Source of the DNA: the human T2T-CHM13v2.0 reference genome, Homo sapiens
Length of the DNA stretch: 64,000 nt
Assembly: GCF_009914755.1 (NCBI RefSeq)
Contig: NC_060937.1
Direction: 5' to 3' (one strand)
The notes below the pieces were generated by a model that was not told the origin of the DNA, did no database searches, and saw only the letters and a list, made by a program, of their open reading frames with translations. Below, in pieces: positions 28,079 through 45,829 of this stretch. Numbering within the stretch: position 1 is the first letter of the stretch; each line of letters begins with the position of its first letter. Both the position numbers and the translations under genes were made by a program.

Positions 28079-28394
28079 CAGTCTTACACCACATAACGTT
28101 TTGCTTAATGACAGTGGTCCCATAAGATTATAATAGCATACGTTTACCGTACTTTTTCTATGCTTAGATATGTTTAGATACATAAATGCTTACCATTGTG
28201 TTACAATTGCCTGCAGAATTCAGTACAGTAACATGCTGTGCAGGTTTGTAGCCTAGGAGCAATAGGCCACCCCACATAGCCTAGGTGCGTTGTAGGATTT
28301 GTGTGAGTACATTCTATAATGTTCACACAACAACAAAATCACCGAATGATGAATTTCTCAGAACATGTCCCCATCATTAAGCAATGCATGACTA
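28079..28394 (-). mobile_element. Tigger3a-like (GOLEM) DNA transposon
   Basis: ggtcccataagattataat...aggtttgtagcctaggagcaatagg...gcatgacta. Confidence 0.85.
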
Positions 28395-29889
28395 TACACT
28401 TAGGCATATTAAAGCTCTAGCCTCACAACAATGAGCAAAATCTATTTAAATAACACAATGGTGACACTGGGAACCATTTGCATAAAGCAGTCTAAACACT
28501 TTTTATCCAAACACTTCCTAAGAAATTACTCAGAAGTGCTATTTCCACTAATGCACCTCAAATTCAAATTTTAAAAGGAACTATTAAAGACATTATTCTT
28601 TTCTCAGGATGAAGAGGAAGTGACTTTAAAGTAAAAAAGCAAAACAAAATGAAACACAACAAAACAAAATTTGGCCCATAATTTCTCAAACCTGGGCCTG
28701 GGAGGTCCCTTGAGGTCCTGTGTGCTCAGATTTGAGAAGTTATCCTGTGGTTTTGTTGAATTCCGTACAGAGACACTCCATCTGCACTGTCCTTTTACCA
28801 TCGTGTTCTAAGGAGGTAGGTGAATGGGCCCAGGCACTTGGAATCACTTTCATTTAACAATGATTTCATGAATGCCTACTCTGTGCCAGGCAAAGTTCTT
28901 GGTGCTTGGAATGCATCAATGCATAAAACAGACATCATCTCTGTCGTAATAAAGCTTAAGATTTAACCAATGAACACAGTAACTTGAAAGTTATTAACCT
29001 GTGATGGATGGGCCACTGGAACTCTACAACTGCATGCAATATGTTGGGTGTATATTCACTTTTCTAGAACATGAGGCTTTTAGATTTCATCAGATCTTCA
29101 AAGGATGCTGGAACACTCAAAATATTTTTTAAATGGCTCTAAAGTATGATTTCAAGAACACCTAGAAATGTGGCTTTGGAGTCGAGTTAACTTTTAACCA
29201 AAGTCAGGCTCTGTTATTTATTTATTAACTACATAAGCTTGGACAAATCAAATTAGTTCATTTTTCTGCATCTCAGTTTCCTCATCTATAAAATTGAAGT
29301 TAAGCCTCATAAAGCTCTTGTAAGGGTTAAATTAGCTTATGTATATGAAGCACTGAGATATCGTAATATTAGTGCTCTCCTTCCCATCACTTCATCCTGC
29401 AGGTTTTGACCAAAAATATGGGTGAGAACTTTGAAGCAAGTTCAAAGTATAGAGATAGAATAGGCCTCCTTCCATAGCTAGATGTTTTCAATTTTATGTG
29501 GTCAACTGAATCAGAAATGTCATAGGTTAGCAGGGAAGGTCCCTTCCAAACTAAGAGTTTATGAGTCTGTGAAATCGCCAACTTCGTATGAATTAAAAGG
29601 GTGGATGCCTAGACTTTTCTCTGGAGAGTATTTTATGACTGCAGGATCAGTCCAACCTTGTTCATTGATTCCTTGAGTGAAATAAATGCTTACTTTACGT
29701 GAAATGCTTATTTTAAAGCTATGCTATGTTACTTGGTAAAATTCTCTTAGTATAACTCAGAAAGACAATACTCATGATGATAATGAAATTTGCCTTCTAT
29801 TTGTTTAGTATAGTTTTCAAGATTTAAAAGTTATAAATATAAGCCCTTCATTTTATTGATTATGGAAATTACCATTTAAATCAACCTTT

Positions 29890-30330
29890 TAAAAGGGCCC
29901 GCAGGTCCCTAATCGGTTTTGCTCCTACTTCCTCTTGCAGCCTCAAATTCACAGCCTCCTTCTTGGTCTCTGTATTCTAGGGACACTGGCATTTCCCTTC
30001 CAGAGGCTTTGAACATGCGCTTCCCTCGTACTGAGCTAAAATGCTAACCATCCCTGCAGTGGCATAATGAACACTGCTCAACACTCATTTCCTAAAGGAT
30101 GCTTTCCATCTTCCTAAGCAGCACCCTGTACATCTCCATTGTAGTCTCTGTCATACTTGCATTGTGATATTTTGGGGACATGATTATTTGATTAATATCT
30201 GTCTATTCCCCTAGCTTGTACAATCCATGAAGGTAGGGACCATGTGTCTTTCTGCTCATTATTGTATCACAGCATTTAGTCCAGTGCCTGGTACATAGGA
30301 ATGGACAATAAACTTTGATAGAATGAAATG
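29890..30330 (+). mobile_element. L2 LINE 3' end
   Basis: ccatgaaggtagggaccatgtgtc...cagtgcctggtacatagg...aataaa. Confidence 0.7.
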
Positions 30331-30664
30331 CTGGGTGAAAGACAGGTAGGAAGGATGGTATTTTCACTTGGCATGTGTGAATTGCACAAGGGCATCTGAT
30401 TACTCAGCACAGATGGAGCATGAGGACCAGTGCCCTGATGGTTACTTTATTCCTCTTCCTCCATGCTGCCTCCTGTCTTCTCTCTCTTCTTCTGGATATG
30501 ACTTTCTGTCCTAATTAATGATGTCTAATATGCCTTTTACTTCATTATGTTAAGTCTTTGTGTATAGAGGGGGCTAACGTATGAAGACTCAAAGCTGCTG
30601 GTATACACCAAATGCCATAACCAATCAAGTTCTTCTGCAGGAAATTTCCACCTTGAGTTTCTTT

Positions 30665-30966
30665 TTCTTTTTTTTTTTTTTTTTGAGACGGAGTCTCGCT
30701 CTGTTGACCAGGCTGGAGTACCGTGGTGTGATCTTGGCTCACTGCAAGCTCAGCCTCCCAGGTTCATGCCATTCTCCTGCCTCAGCCTCCTGAGTAGCTG
30801 GGACTACCGGCACCCGCCACCATGCCTGGCTAATATTTTTGTATTTTTGGTAGAGACAGGGTTTCACCGTGTTAGCCAGGATGGTCTCGATCTCCTAACC
30901 TCGTGATCCACCCGCCTCAGCCTCCCAATGTGCTGGGATTACAGGTGTGAGCCACCGCGCCCGGCC
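30665..30966 (-). mobile_element. AluY-like SINE
   Basis: Diagnostic gcaagctc, ccattctc, accgtgttagccaggatgg; TSD tccaccttgagtttc at 30647 and 30967. Confidence 0.93.
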
Positions 30967-31521
30967 TCCACCTTGAGTTTCTTTTTCTTAGAAAGACTGG
31001 ACTTGCCCATTTCTTCTTAAATTTTTCTCAGAATTATAGTCCTTCCTTCATATACTTGTGCCTGCAGGCAGGAAGCATGTTCAGAAAGGCTTCTCATGGA
31101 TAATTGGAGTAGAATTAAAGGAGGAAGGACTGATACAAGCAATGAGGCAACATTAAGGCAAAGGAAAGTCATTGTACCCCTGATAATAATTAAAGTCAGA
31201 GAAGAGATGAAACAAATTCATACCTACCTGGAGGAAGAGTGCAAGAGGGAAATAATGATGATAACAGCAACACTACCTGATGCTGAGTAACTTCCATGGC
31301 CTGGAACTGTACTAAGAGACTCTAAAATGAAGAACTGACAATAATATTTGTTAAATGTAAATAAATACAGAATTTGGGCTCATTCACCATCATGACTAGA
31401 ATGCTGAAGTAATGATAGCTCACATTTTTGAACATGTATGTGTCAGGCACTATTCTAAGGGCTTTACATACATATATCTCACCTAATTCTTTTCTTTCAA
31501 ATTTTTACATTTAATTTAATT

Positions 31522-31806
31522 TTTCTGTTTTTTGAGACAAGGTCTCACTCTGTTGCCCAGAATGGAGTGCAGTGGCGTGATCATGGCTCACTGAAGCCTT
31601 GACCTCCCTGGGCCCAGGTGATCTTCCCACTTCAGCCTCCCAAGTAGCTGGGACCACAGGCGTGTGCCACCCCCACCATACCTAGCTAATGTTTGTATTT
31701 TTGGCCATGTTGCCCACTCTGGTCTTGAACTCCTACACTCAAGCAATCCTCCCACCTCGGCCTCCCAAAATGTTGGAATTACGGGCATGAGTTGCTGTGC
31801 CTGGCT
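31522..31806 (-). mobile_element. AluJ-like SINE inserted in a MIR
   Basis: Reverse Alu; MIR sequence resumes either side (tctcacctaattct / tctcatctaattct). Confidence 0.9.
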
Positions 31807-33004
31807 TTATCTCATCTAATTCTACAAACAAACCTATGAGGTAGTTACTGTTTTTTCTTCAATTTACAGATGAGGAAACTAACCTCCTGTCTTCCTGCTC
31901 TAGTTGTTTGCATATATAGCTCTCTGATTAATCTCCTAAAGTATAGTTCTGATATATTGTTCCTTCTACAATATCATTCTGATACTATTTTAAAATATCA
32001 AGAGCTTCCCCCACTGGTAAAAGGACAATGTCCAGATTCTTCAGTCTGGCATTAAAGGCCCATCATGGTAGCCTTTCTTGTTGTCACCTTAAAAACCTTT
32101 GAAATCATTCATGTTTGGAAGGAGAGTCCACCCCTGCTCTCACAGCCTGTGAGGCTCTCTTCTCACTCCTTCAATTCCCACTCATTTTTCAAGACCTGAC
32201 TCAGAGGCCCCCTTCTCTAGGATACCTTCCCAGGCCCCTCATGTGTACGCCACCTCCTCCTTCCTCCTCATTCCCATGAAACTTATTTCTGGCATAGTCA
32301 TTGGGCCTTTCACTCTGTGTTGCTTTTTTGTCATCTCTTATTGCTCTTATATGAAAAACTTCTTGAAACCCACAATATCCCACGCACATCTTTGAACCTT
32401 TCTCTTGATCCAGCCTAGTGTCTCCCTCAGAGAGGCAGTGTGGTATATCAGAAAGACCAAAGCTTGGACACCAGTGAGACTATGATTCAAAACCTGGCTC
32501 CTCTTCATGGCTGGGTGACCCTAGACTTCACTTTATCTATCTTAGCTTCAGTGTCCTCATCTGCAAAATAAATGATAGTGACACATACCTTGCATTATAC
32601 AGAGAGCCTCTGACATATGGTAGGGCTCAGTAAATTATCAGAAGTTTTGATTGACAGATGATGTAACAAGTACTGACCAGGTTCCTCAAAGAGCCTGAAG
32701 TCACACAAGGTATATTCTGTTATATACTGGAATTTAAGTACCACTATATTCTGGCACTTAAACAGGGGGAGATGAAGGGAGTAGGCTGTATGTCAAAGAC
32801 AATCAGGGAGATTATTCCTTCAAGCTGAAGTGGTAAAGGAATGAAAAGCACTGTGCACACTCAGTGAGAAGGTCTTATAGACACCTTCTGTAGTTGAACC
32901 ATCATCCCAGTTGATGTCTGATGACAAGGTCTTCATACTAGAACCCTGGAAACCTCACCTAGGACCCTGGGGCAGCAGGACTCTTAGGAGACTTCAAATT
33001 CTAT

Positions 33005-33140
33005 ATTACTCAAGGTGAGGTCAAGAACCAGCAGTGTGACATCACCAGGAGCTTCTTGGAAGTGCAGAATCTCAGGCCCCACCCTAGACCTACTCAATCA
33101 GAGCCTACATTTTAACAAGATTTGCAGATGACTTGGCACA
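33005..33140. mobile_element. MER5A-type hAT MITE
   Basis: gcagaatctcaggccccaccctagacctactcaatcaga...ttttaacaaga. Confidence 0.75.
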
Positions 33141-34164
33141 ATGAAAGACAATTTTCTAATGTAGCTCATTTTTTCATCAACAAGGAAGAAAACTGTGTGG
33201 ACTTTCCCACGTTGTGAAATCCACTCACTGCAGACACACCACAGGCCGAAGGCCCTTACTTCTGAGGTTTTAGATCTTGTTACTGAGCCATAGATGTCTA
33301 CATGGTTAGCAAATGTTTTAGGAATTGCTTTGATGGTTTCTATTTTATTTACATCATATATTAAATATAATTATTGTTAAAAGTAAAATTATTTTTCTTA
33401 AAGATTTTATTCATTTAGAGGGCTTTTAGTTCTGAAAAGACATAGGGTCTATTTTCAGATACCAAAACACTTTAAACTCTTGTAGGAATGTGTTTTAGTG
33501 CTTTACATTAATTTCATATAATTAAATTTTGAAGCCCTTCACTTCTAAATCTTGAAAAGAAACATCTGTCAACATTCCATGTAATAAAAACCCCTTAAAA
33601 TACTGGATTTTCCCCGTGGACATACAGATAAGAATTCTATGTAATTTTTAAACTCCACATCTCTGAATCAAAGAATTCTGTAACTTTAATGCATGAGTTT
33701 TAAAAATATATAAGTTAATGTCCTCCCTGATAGCCACACCTTCTGACATTCTAAGATCTACCCTAAATAATATAAAAATTGATACATTTTATTTACAAGT
33801 ATATTGTACCCCCACGAGACATTGCCTTGCCCACAAGTGAACCCCCTAAAACACTTTGTTTTACTTCTCTTTAACTCTTTATTTTCCATCATAGTTATTT
33901 GTTTACTTTTAGCATCTCCTCTATATAGGCTAAAAAGGAAACATTAACAACTTCATTCATCTGACAAAGATTTACTGATCATCTACCATGGGTTTGAGGC
34001 TGAGAATGCAATGGTGAACAAAATCCATAATGTTAGTACCTGCTTCAGGGATCTATGCTGCAGTTAAATATTAAGAGTGTTGAACACAACTGGCTGAGGA
34101 AACAGCCTGTGAGAGGTTGGAGGATTTCATTCATACAGTGAGAGATATTAGCCCCAAGCTTTTG

Positions 34165-34286
34165 TTGTTGTTGTAGAGATGAGGTCTCATTATGTTGCCC
34201 AGGCTAGTCTTGAACACCTGGCTTCAAGTGATCTTCTTGCCCCAGCCTCCCAAAGTACTGGGATTATAGGCATGAGCCACAGCAGT
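34165..34286 (-). mobile_element. FLAM (Alu left monomer)
   Basis: Single monomer; TSD cccaagcttttg at 34153-34164 and 34287-34298. Confidence 0.85.
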
Positions 34287-34971
34287 CCCAAGCTTTTGAT
34301 GTCAAATTAATCAAGACTGCCAGGTAGGTACATTTCTTCATTCCTTCACCATACATTTAATGAGCACTTACTTTACTGCCGTCACTAAGCACACGAAGAA
34401 CTGACAGATAAAGATCCAGAATGAGTTAAGCAGAAGTGTTCCATATAAGGCTGGAGATAAATCTTGGATTAGGTAGAGCCTCATATCTTTTACATCTCCG
34501 TGTCCTCCACGGTAACTAGCAGGACACTTTATACAGAATAAGCATATACCTTCTGAATCAAGATTTGTTTATTATTAGCAAGTACCTACTATGTGCTATG
34601 AACTATACTAAATACTGAGCATAAAGAAACAAAGGGCATAGACTCTCCCTGCATGGAGTAGACAAGAAATAACAGCAATTATAATACCCTCTGTAAGTCT
34701 TAAGACATATTAAAGCACAGGGTTCTATGGAAACCTGCAGGCAGGCCTTGCCATCCATTTGGCAAGTAAGCAGTAAGGTATTTGGGGAGCCTTATGATCC
34801 AGTTTAAAAGTTGGCACACATTCTCTCCATCTGCATCTTGGAGGTAGATCCTATATCTACTAAAGTCTGAGATATGTGTTAAGATCATAGATTTTATATT
34901 AATCCTTCTGTGCTTATCTTATACCCATCACTTCTTCCTTTGGGAAGCACACATAAAAATGAGAATCTTCT

Positions 34972-36940
<1,969 letters not shown>

Positions 36941-37552
36941 AAATGAGAATAGTCTTGGTCACAGACTACCATGTGTTGTTCATTTATAATCAAATGTCTT
37001 AAACAATTACTGCTAAAAGAGCAATTGCGGTTTCCTTACTAGTCAATTTTTATCAAAGGGATCATTATTTACAAAAGTTTCTGGGCAGAATTCCATTGTT
37101 TCATTCCATCATTGGATTTCTTGGCCTTCAACACAAAGGGGCTATATTTGGAGAGACAGGAGTCCTGCTCCACGTGGAGCTTTGTAGTAGCATTTGCTTC
37201 AGGACACCTGGCAAAACACTCCACTGGTAGTTTCTGGAAAAAGAACAATTAAATCATGGCTATCTCCTCTGAAAATGATCATCATCATGGTTTTAGAATG
37301 TCTGTTTCCCAATTAGCTGTTGCTTATTTCTTCCTTTGACTATTTCTTCTAACTAAAATGTTCCTTTGCATATAAGCGGTGTACAGACAGTGCATGGCGA
37401 AAATAGAGCTGAAGACTGTTTTGAGGCCAGTATGCCTGAAATAGACACAAGTATAGGGTTTATAGTATATATATATTTTTTAAGTGTTAGAAAAGCATCT
37501 ATCAATATGCGTATCTGCATTTCTTCCATGAGATAAACTTGAGCCCCACTAA

Positions 37553-37931
<379 letters not shown>

Positions 37932-39837
37932 TAATTTCTAGTCAGATGTCTTGGCAAAGCATGATTTGTCTCATGGGAATACCCATTTCCTCCCATAGCA
38001 TACCTGATCATTGTCTGCCCACAGTAAGTGCATGCTATGAGCTTCTTCCAAGCTCTGAGGTCAGCAAGAGCCCCAGTGAACCTGATGGGCACTTTGCCTC
38101 TTAGTAGGCTCTCTCATAAACTACATTATTCTGTGATTCTCTAACAAGCACAACTTTCTGTGGACTTAATACTGACCTCAGATTAGCAATTCAGATTTAA
38201 TGAGAAACACTGGATGTGTACAAGGCATGACACTAAATTCCAATAACTCAATACATTTTCTTAATATAAAAGCTCTAGCCAGGTTGATAGAGAAAAACCT
38301 AACACGACAGCTCCAGCCCTGCCTCCTCCATGAGCCCTCCTGGGATCATACAACCACTCTTCCTTCTCTGAACTCATAATGAGTTTGAAGTGAAATTAGC
38401 GAGTTGAGGACGCAAGCAATATATCCAGGGCCCAGAGAAAGCGGCAGAGCTGGAAGTAGGGAAGTCAAAGCCTTCACAATCAGGGTGATAATGAAAATTG
38501 GAGTTGTGGGTCAGCTCTTAGCTCTATGCAAGGAGACACCTGACCAACTAATGTCTCAGGATGAAGGTCAAGATCAAGAGAAGGCAGGAGAGAAGCTGGT
38601 GCAATGGTAACACTTTCAAAGCACAGAGTTCGCTATTGAGGCAGAAGGTTTGCAAGGAGGAGAGAGGAGAGAGAACAGCCGTATTCAACTACTGTTTCAT
38701 TCAAATACTGTACACTGAATGAGAACCCTATAAAGCACTGGTAATCTGTAACAACTGCCCTGTGTTCAGGATTTCCTAGTCCCACTCAGGACATTTGCCA
38801 CAGTTTTGTAGAATTTGCAACGTTTCTTAGACTGCACATAATATTATAGCAGAAAAGACAGCAGGAAATACTGATAATCTCCACTGGGAATGAATGTATG
38901 GTACAGAAAGAGTCTCTTCTGAGTCAAAGGTTTACCTCCAAGAGAGGGATTGGGGATGGGGAAAATATGTGTTCTTAAGCTCTGACCCCCCTGTTCCTGT
39001 GTGTTTTTCCTTCATATGGAATCACATTTCTAGATCTAGCTCTGTGAATGATCTATCTCTGATTCATTTTTTACAACTTTTATGTAGGGTCTATTGACAT
39101 CATGCTCTCCTAAGAGAAGAAAGTGGATGTATATATAGAGAATAATGACTTGCAAAGGCTTTCTTCTTCCCAGTGTTTGGATAGTTAGGAATACAGGGCC
39201 ACACTGAGTTCTTTTCAACTGCAAGTTAGACGGCAGCAGGCAGCTGTTGCTCACTTGGTTCTTGGGAGACCACGTTGCTGACACCCTCCTGGATGCATTG
39301 ATGGCCCTAATTCCCCCTTTGCTAGCAAAGGTGCTGGTGGTTCTTCCGGCTGTCAATGAGTTTAAGACAAGACTGCAGGAAAAGAAATAATTAGGGGATT
39401 GCAAAAGGGAAACATATTTTACAAAATATTTTCATAGGATTATAATAGAATATTTTGCACCCTCCAGCCTTCTTCTTTATAAGTGAAAGTTACACAACTC
39501 TAGGCTGTAATTCAGGAAAACTGCACAGACTGATAAATAGCAGTAATTATATCATTGAAGGCAACTGAGCAGGAAGGTTAATAAAACACTGCCAACTCTC
39601 TTGCGATATAAAACTTGCATTGCTGGTTCTTCTCCTTTATTATAAAAAAATAACAAACTAAATGAATGTGGGCATTCATGAAATATCATTAATATTCTGA
39701 ACTTTTTGAAAACAGACTGCTTTCTTATTCACCTTGAATAAAATTCAATATATATATTGAATTTTAATATATAATCTTTTCACCTTCTACTCATTGTGTA
39801 TAATACTTCTCAGAGGCAGCAGGATGTAGTAGAAAGT

Positions 39838-40528
<691 letters not shown>

Positions 40529-43500
40529 ATGGATTTTTAGGAAAGAACTGGGTTCAAATCCCAACTCGCCAACTTCATCAGCTGTGCTCTTGGGAAGCCT
40601 ACTTAATCTCTCTGAGCTTCTGTTTCTTTATTTGCAAAATGCAGATAGGAGATGTTTACCTTATACCATGATTTTGAGTATAAATCAGATTATTAAAAGT
40701 GCTTTGTAAACTATATATTTTAGTTGTAATCTTATTTACGTATTTCATCACTTGTAGTCTGAAGTTATCCATCTCTCTGTTCATTGAGTCAAAACGGAAT
40801 ATTTAGTGGGCTCCTTTTTGGTTCTGGGATACAGAGATGAAAGCACAAAGGCTGAGACATTCAAGAGCTCATGGCTCAGAGGAGGCAGGCAGCCGTGAGA
40901 GAAGATGAGGCCAAGGGCAGGGCCAAGTCCTTTCTCAGCATAGGTGGGAAGCACCTTGGTAGGCAAGAGATGCTTTTCTTGCATGTGGATTATCCAGTAA
41001 GTTCTATGTTAAAGCAGGGGGCAGAGAGGTAGGGAAAGTGTAATTCTTTCATTTCCCAAAAAACACTTAATGCTGTTTCTATAAGAAAAAAAGTTAATGC
41101 TACAGGATTTGTCACCTATTGGATATGCAGTTCGTGTCAGAACAAATGGTTGTTTCTCCTTAGAAAGTTGTGCTTGAAGCATTTCATGAAATATCCATGT
41201 TTTGTTTTACACAATATACATAAAAGCTGCAGTAACATGTAATCAACAAACATTTTTACTGTTTATCTTAGGGTTTCATTTGCTTTGACTATAAAATACA
41301 AGGTTCCATATTTAAACCCATGCATTTATTAAAGAGAAACAAGTCATTGTGTCCTAGGGACAAAACGTTATGTTCCTGTTCCTCTTATTTTCTTTTTCCT
41401 TTTCTCTGAATGGCAATCCTGGGTTCTAGATGCCACCTAGCTGGGGAAGATAGTCTTTCAAGTTGAAATTCCCTTGTCAGGGGTGTTTTGTGCCTATATT
41501 CCTATCTAGAGAAACTAACCCATGCCTTTCCTGCTCCACCCCTTTTCTCCGGCCTTTTCTGCCCTCACCCCACCCCCATCCTCTCATTTTGCGTGACTCT
41601 ACATTTCCACATTTGTGCTTGACTCGGGATGCAGGTAAAAGTCAAAAGATGGTATCATTAAAACAAGGAGAAAAATGAGACATTTGTTCATTCTCAATGT
41701 GTTTGGCATGAATACTTTCTAATATATATTATAATTTTTGCTTTGTGGACTTGCTCCTTCTAAATGAGTCAGTGTAGATGGTGGTGGTAATTTATTTGAG
41801 TAGACATGTGGCAACATGGCTTTCCTTTGCAAATCAAAACAAACAGAAACTCTGCTGATTGAGTATGCCAGGACCTGTTGTTGGACACAGAGACAAATTT
41901 TATTTTAGAACATCTTATTCAGATCAAAGTAACAACAACATTTGTAATAATAAACAACAAAAATTCCATAAAGCACGGTCCATTTGTTGAGCCAGATTTA
42001 CCAGGGTTCTACTTGAACTCTTTTCCTAAGTAATAACATTGTTCCTAGGTGATAACAATTCTAAGCCAACTGTGATGAGTTCCAAAACATTTGGATCCTA
42101 GTTAGCGGAACTGAAGTTCTGAATCCAAGCCCATAATTTGCTTTTAATCTCTTCAGAGAATGGCCAGCTTTGCTGTTGGATATGAAAGATTGTAGATTGT
42201 TGGGGACACACACAAATAGAAATTGTATAAGCATCCAGTAAAAGTAAACATTATTTAAAGTATTACTGATGGGAATTTTTAAAATTTATCATGAGTGCAT
42301 TGCTGTAGATATCTGCTTTTAGTAAACAGGATATTTGGAATGAAAAAAATGTGTTATCCAAGGGGAAATTTTATTACAATGTAGCATTAATTAATGCTTG
42401 CTTTATTAATTAAAAATTAACAGGAACTCAATAAGCAGAAGCCACCAATCCCATTGAATATTTCCATTTGTATGTCCTTCAGCCACCCTGATTTGGCATC
42501 CATGGTCCTAATTCTTTCTCTTCCAACTTGCTAATCTTTCATGCCTGAAAGTTCGCATATGATGCTGACCCTTGCCAGAGCATCTTCCCTTTTCTCCATT
42601 CTCTGGTGAATTTCTACCTAGATTTAAACATTCTCTTGAGAATCCTCTTTTCTGGAGAGCATCCCACAATCCACTTGTCCCAACTCCACCTTTCTCTAAT
42701 TTGTTGGCTCCCACAGAACCCCAAGCTGATGTTTTTCAGCTGCATGTAGCACAATTCCACTCCTTCACTTTATTAAATGAGTAATACAACTGATGTTGAC
42801 AGACTAGAAATGACCAAGAACATAATGATAATAAATAGCAGAGCCAATACTCTAATCCAAGTCCTCTTACTCTAGGGCAATCATTAAACTCTCCTTAGCT
42901 GACTGACTTCATAGCTACCTGACCTTTTTTGAAACCTCTTACTTTTGCCTAGCAAAACAACTCATCATCGTCTTTTCCCAAGCATTTACAGATACCATGT
43001 TGCACCCCCTTAAAATACTCTCTGACCTTCTTTGGGCTAATCTCCATCTTTTCTATAATTATATTTTTGATATGATAGTTAGGTACTTTCATCCTTTTCC
43101 ATGTATCTCCATCACACACATGGCTGTGGTCACATGCCATCTGTAACTGCCATCAGTAAGTCAACCCTGCCATCAGTGCGTGAATCCTTAGAGCTAGATG
43201 TGGCATAGTTAACTGTGACATTAGGAGGAATACCGGTAAGGGCTGGCACCTGGAGAGAGACCCCTCTCCAAGGAATGAGATAAGAGCAAATCTAATTATG
43301 GTAGCTGTCAGGCCAAGCCCAAGCTGAGGGATAAGAACTGGATAGGTACCCAAAGTCCAGCAGAGATAGTGGCATCAGAGAAACTCCATAGTGGGCAAAA
43401 CCCAGTGATGGCTAACTCAAGGGCAACAGACAAAGCAGGCAAGAGTCAACAGTTACTCCTGGGCACCAATAGTGATTTGGAGCAGGACTACAGCCACGGT

Positions 43501-45829
43501 GGTAGGAATGTCATGGGCAATGACGAAATGCTTAGATGTGTTATCAGGATAAGGACTTTGGCATAAGGGATTATAGCAGAAGGCCAGTTATCTGAATCAA
43601 GACATGGAAGAAAAGCCAAAATAATTGCAACTGCGATTAAATACCATATTCTAGGCTCTTTGTTAAGTATTTTTATGCATATAGCAGACATTTCATAAAT
43701 ATTTGATAAGTGAATGAAACCAATGTCTCATTTAATTCTTATAACAACCAATAACACAACCGAGCACCTAATGAGATCAGTGTTATTATCCCTATGCTAC
43801 AGACAAAGAAATGACCAGAAAACTAAGCAGTAGAGCCAGAATTCAAACCCATGTCTGTTAGAACACCACAGCTGGGTTCCTTCCCCAGTACTAGCTTGCA
43901 TTGGTGCTTTATTCCACCTATTTAATAATGAGCAATCAAGTTCTTAAGACTGGAAGTGATGTATTTTATAATCTCTGTACCTGATAATATAATCTATGGA
44001 GAGTACATGTGGTTGACTAAGAATTATTTAGGTTATAGAATGAGACAAAGCCAAAACAAATGACACACAAACACTTTTTTTAAAAAAAAGTTAGGAAGAG
44101 TGCACTTTTTCATTGGAAGTTATAATGTACATAAGATCTGGATGATGTGTGTCCTCTGTAACATCCTTGGAGAGAAATAACAGAAAACACTTTGCAAAAT
44201 ACTTTGTCAAGGAACAGACAGATGCTCATCTTCAGTAATGTAAACTAAAATGAGCTTACTGTCATTAAAACACAGTTCCCCTCAGATACCTGTCTTTGTA
44301 GCACAAATGTGAAGTAAAAACTATAGAAATTTGATTCAGCACGTGAAAGCTCCTGGCAAAATCTCACTTTTCCACTTCATCAAATTCATCAAATCCTTCC
44401 ACTGAAGAGAGAAAGATTAGCAGGAATATTCAGTATGCTCTGATCTGAGCATCTGGTCAATCTCTTTCAGCAGAGGTTGGGATTCAAAATTAAAGAGCAC
44501 AGCTGTGAATTTATTTGCATATACCAGACCTTACATTTTTGTGCATATATAGAAACTTTCTTTAGGGACATTTGAATGGCCACCCCCAGAGTGAGAAGAC
44601 CCTTAAGACCCTTAATTGGCAGAGTTAGCATCCACTGACAGCAATGGTAAATAGAAACTCTTTGTGAGGCCTTCTTAATTGAGTGAACCAATATTTACAG
44701 ACATCAGGTTTCATGTACCTTAAGACAGAAGATCCCAGACTTTAGAATTTTACAGATGAGAATAATTTCAAAACAAAGTTCAAGAGTAACACTAGAGTTT
44801 AACTACCTTTTAATTTTGCTAGGTCAAAGCATTCAACATCATCACCATTTCATTAAAATAAATGACATTTTAAACATCAAAAAGTAAAAAGGTAAAAATC
44901 TCATAATAAACAAAAATGTCAGTTGGAAATCCTACACAACATTTTTTTCATATGTAATCATGAGTTTTATCTGATTGCTATCCAAGAACCAGCATTTTGG
45001 GAGCAGTGGTTGATGCTCCCAAAATGTTATAAATTTACCTTTAAGGTGCGCACAGGGGTTACTGTGTTGTCGTGCATTCTACTTACCAAGTGGTTCTTCT
45101 AGCTGGTAAATTCTAAAACTCAGATCTATGGAAGCATTGAGCTCTGATAATAAAATGGAAATCACTGTCGTGATGTACAATTTATCTTTTAAAGATTACA
45201 TAAAGATCACATTTACTTTAGCATGGTTTATAAGGGTCTTCAGACTCTACCTTCTGCCTTCCTCTCCAACCTAATCTTCTCTAATTCTCTTCAGGCAGCC
45301 TTCTGACACACCTGTTATCTCTCACATGTGGTTTCCTCTATCAGAAATATGCCTTCACTTCTTCTTTACCAAAAAAACTTCCATTCAGCCTTGAAAACAC
45401 AGAAATGACTCCTCCTGTTTTGTGAAGTGTTCCCAGTCATCTGGTTACAAAGCCTATGGATTCATCTATAATAAGCAATGTAGAAATAAGCAATCTTGGT
45501 TCTGATTAGTAAATAAATAAATTTAGTAATATAAGATTTCCACTTTGTAGTGTGACTATCACATGCCAGAAGCCGTCCCAGGATAGGTTATTCGTTATCT
45601 ATAATCTTCATGGCAATGTTGTGTGATTGGTATTATAATCTCTATTTTATAAATGTGGGAAAATAAGGCCCAGAGACTCAGGAAGTGATTTGCCTGCTGT
45701 CACACAGCAAGTAGGTGATATTGCTAGGAGCTGAACTCAAAGCTTGTGCTCTTTCCAAGCTATTGTGCTGCCTCTGAATTCGATCTCCAATTATATGCTT
45801 TAATAATATTTCTTGAGCATGTACTACAG

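Noticed and set aside
42949-43140. Minus ORF containing KRMKVPNY, resembling KRMKVPDY recalled from STARD13 itself
   Set aside because: Only 8 residues, flanks do not match and no supporting splice sites were seen; treated as coincidence
43140-43660. Possible ancient LTR-like segment (also ~19400-19950)
   Set aside because: Family and boundaries could not be assigned without a Dfam search
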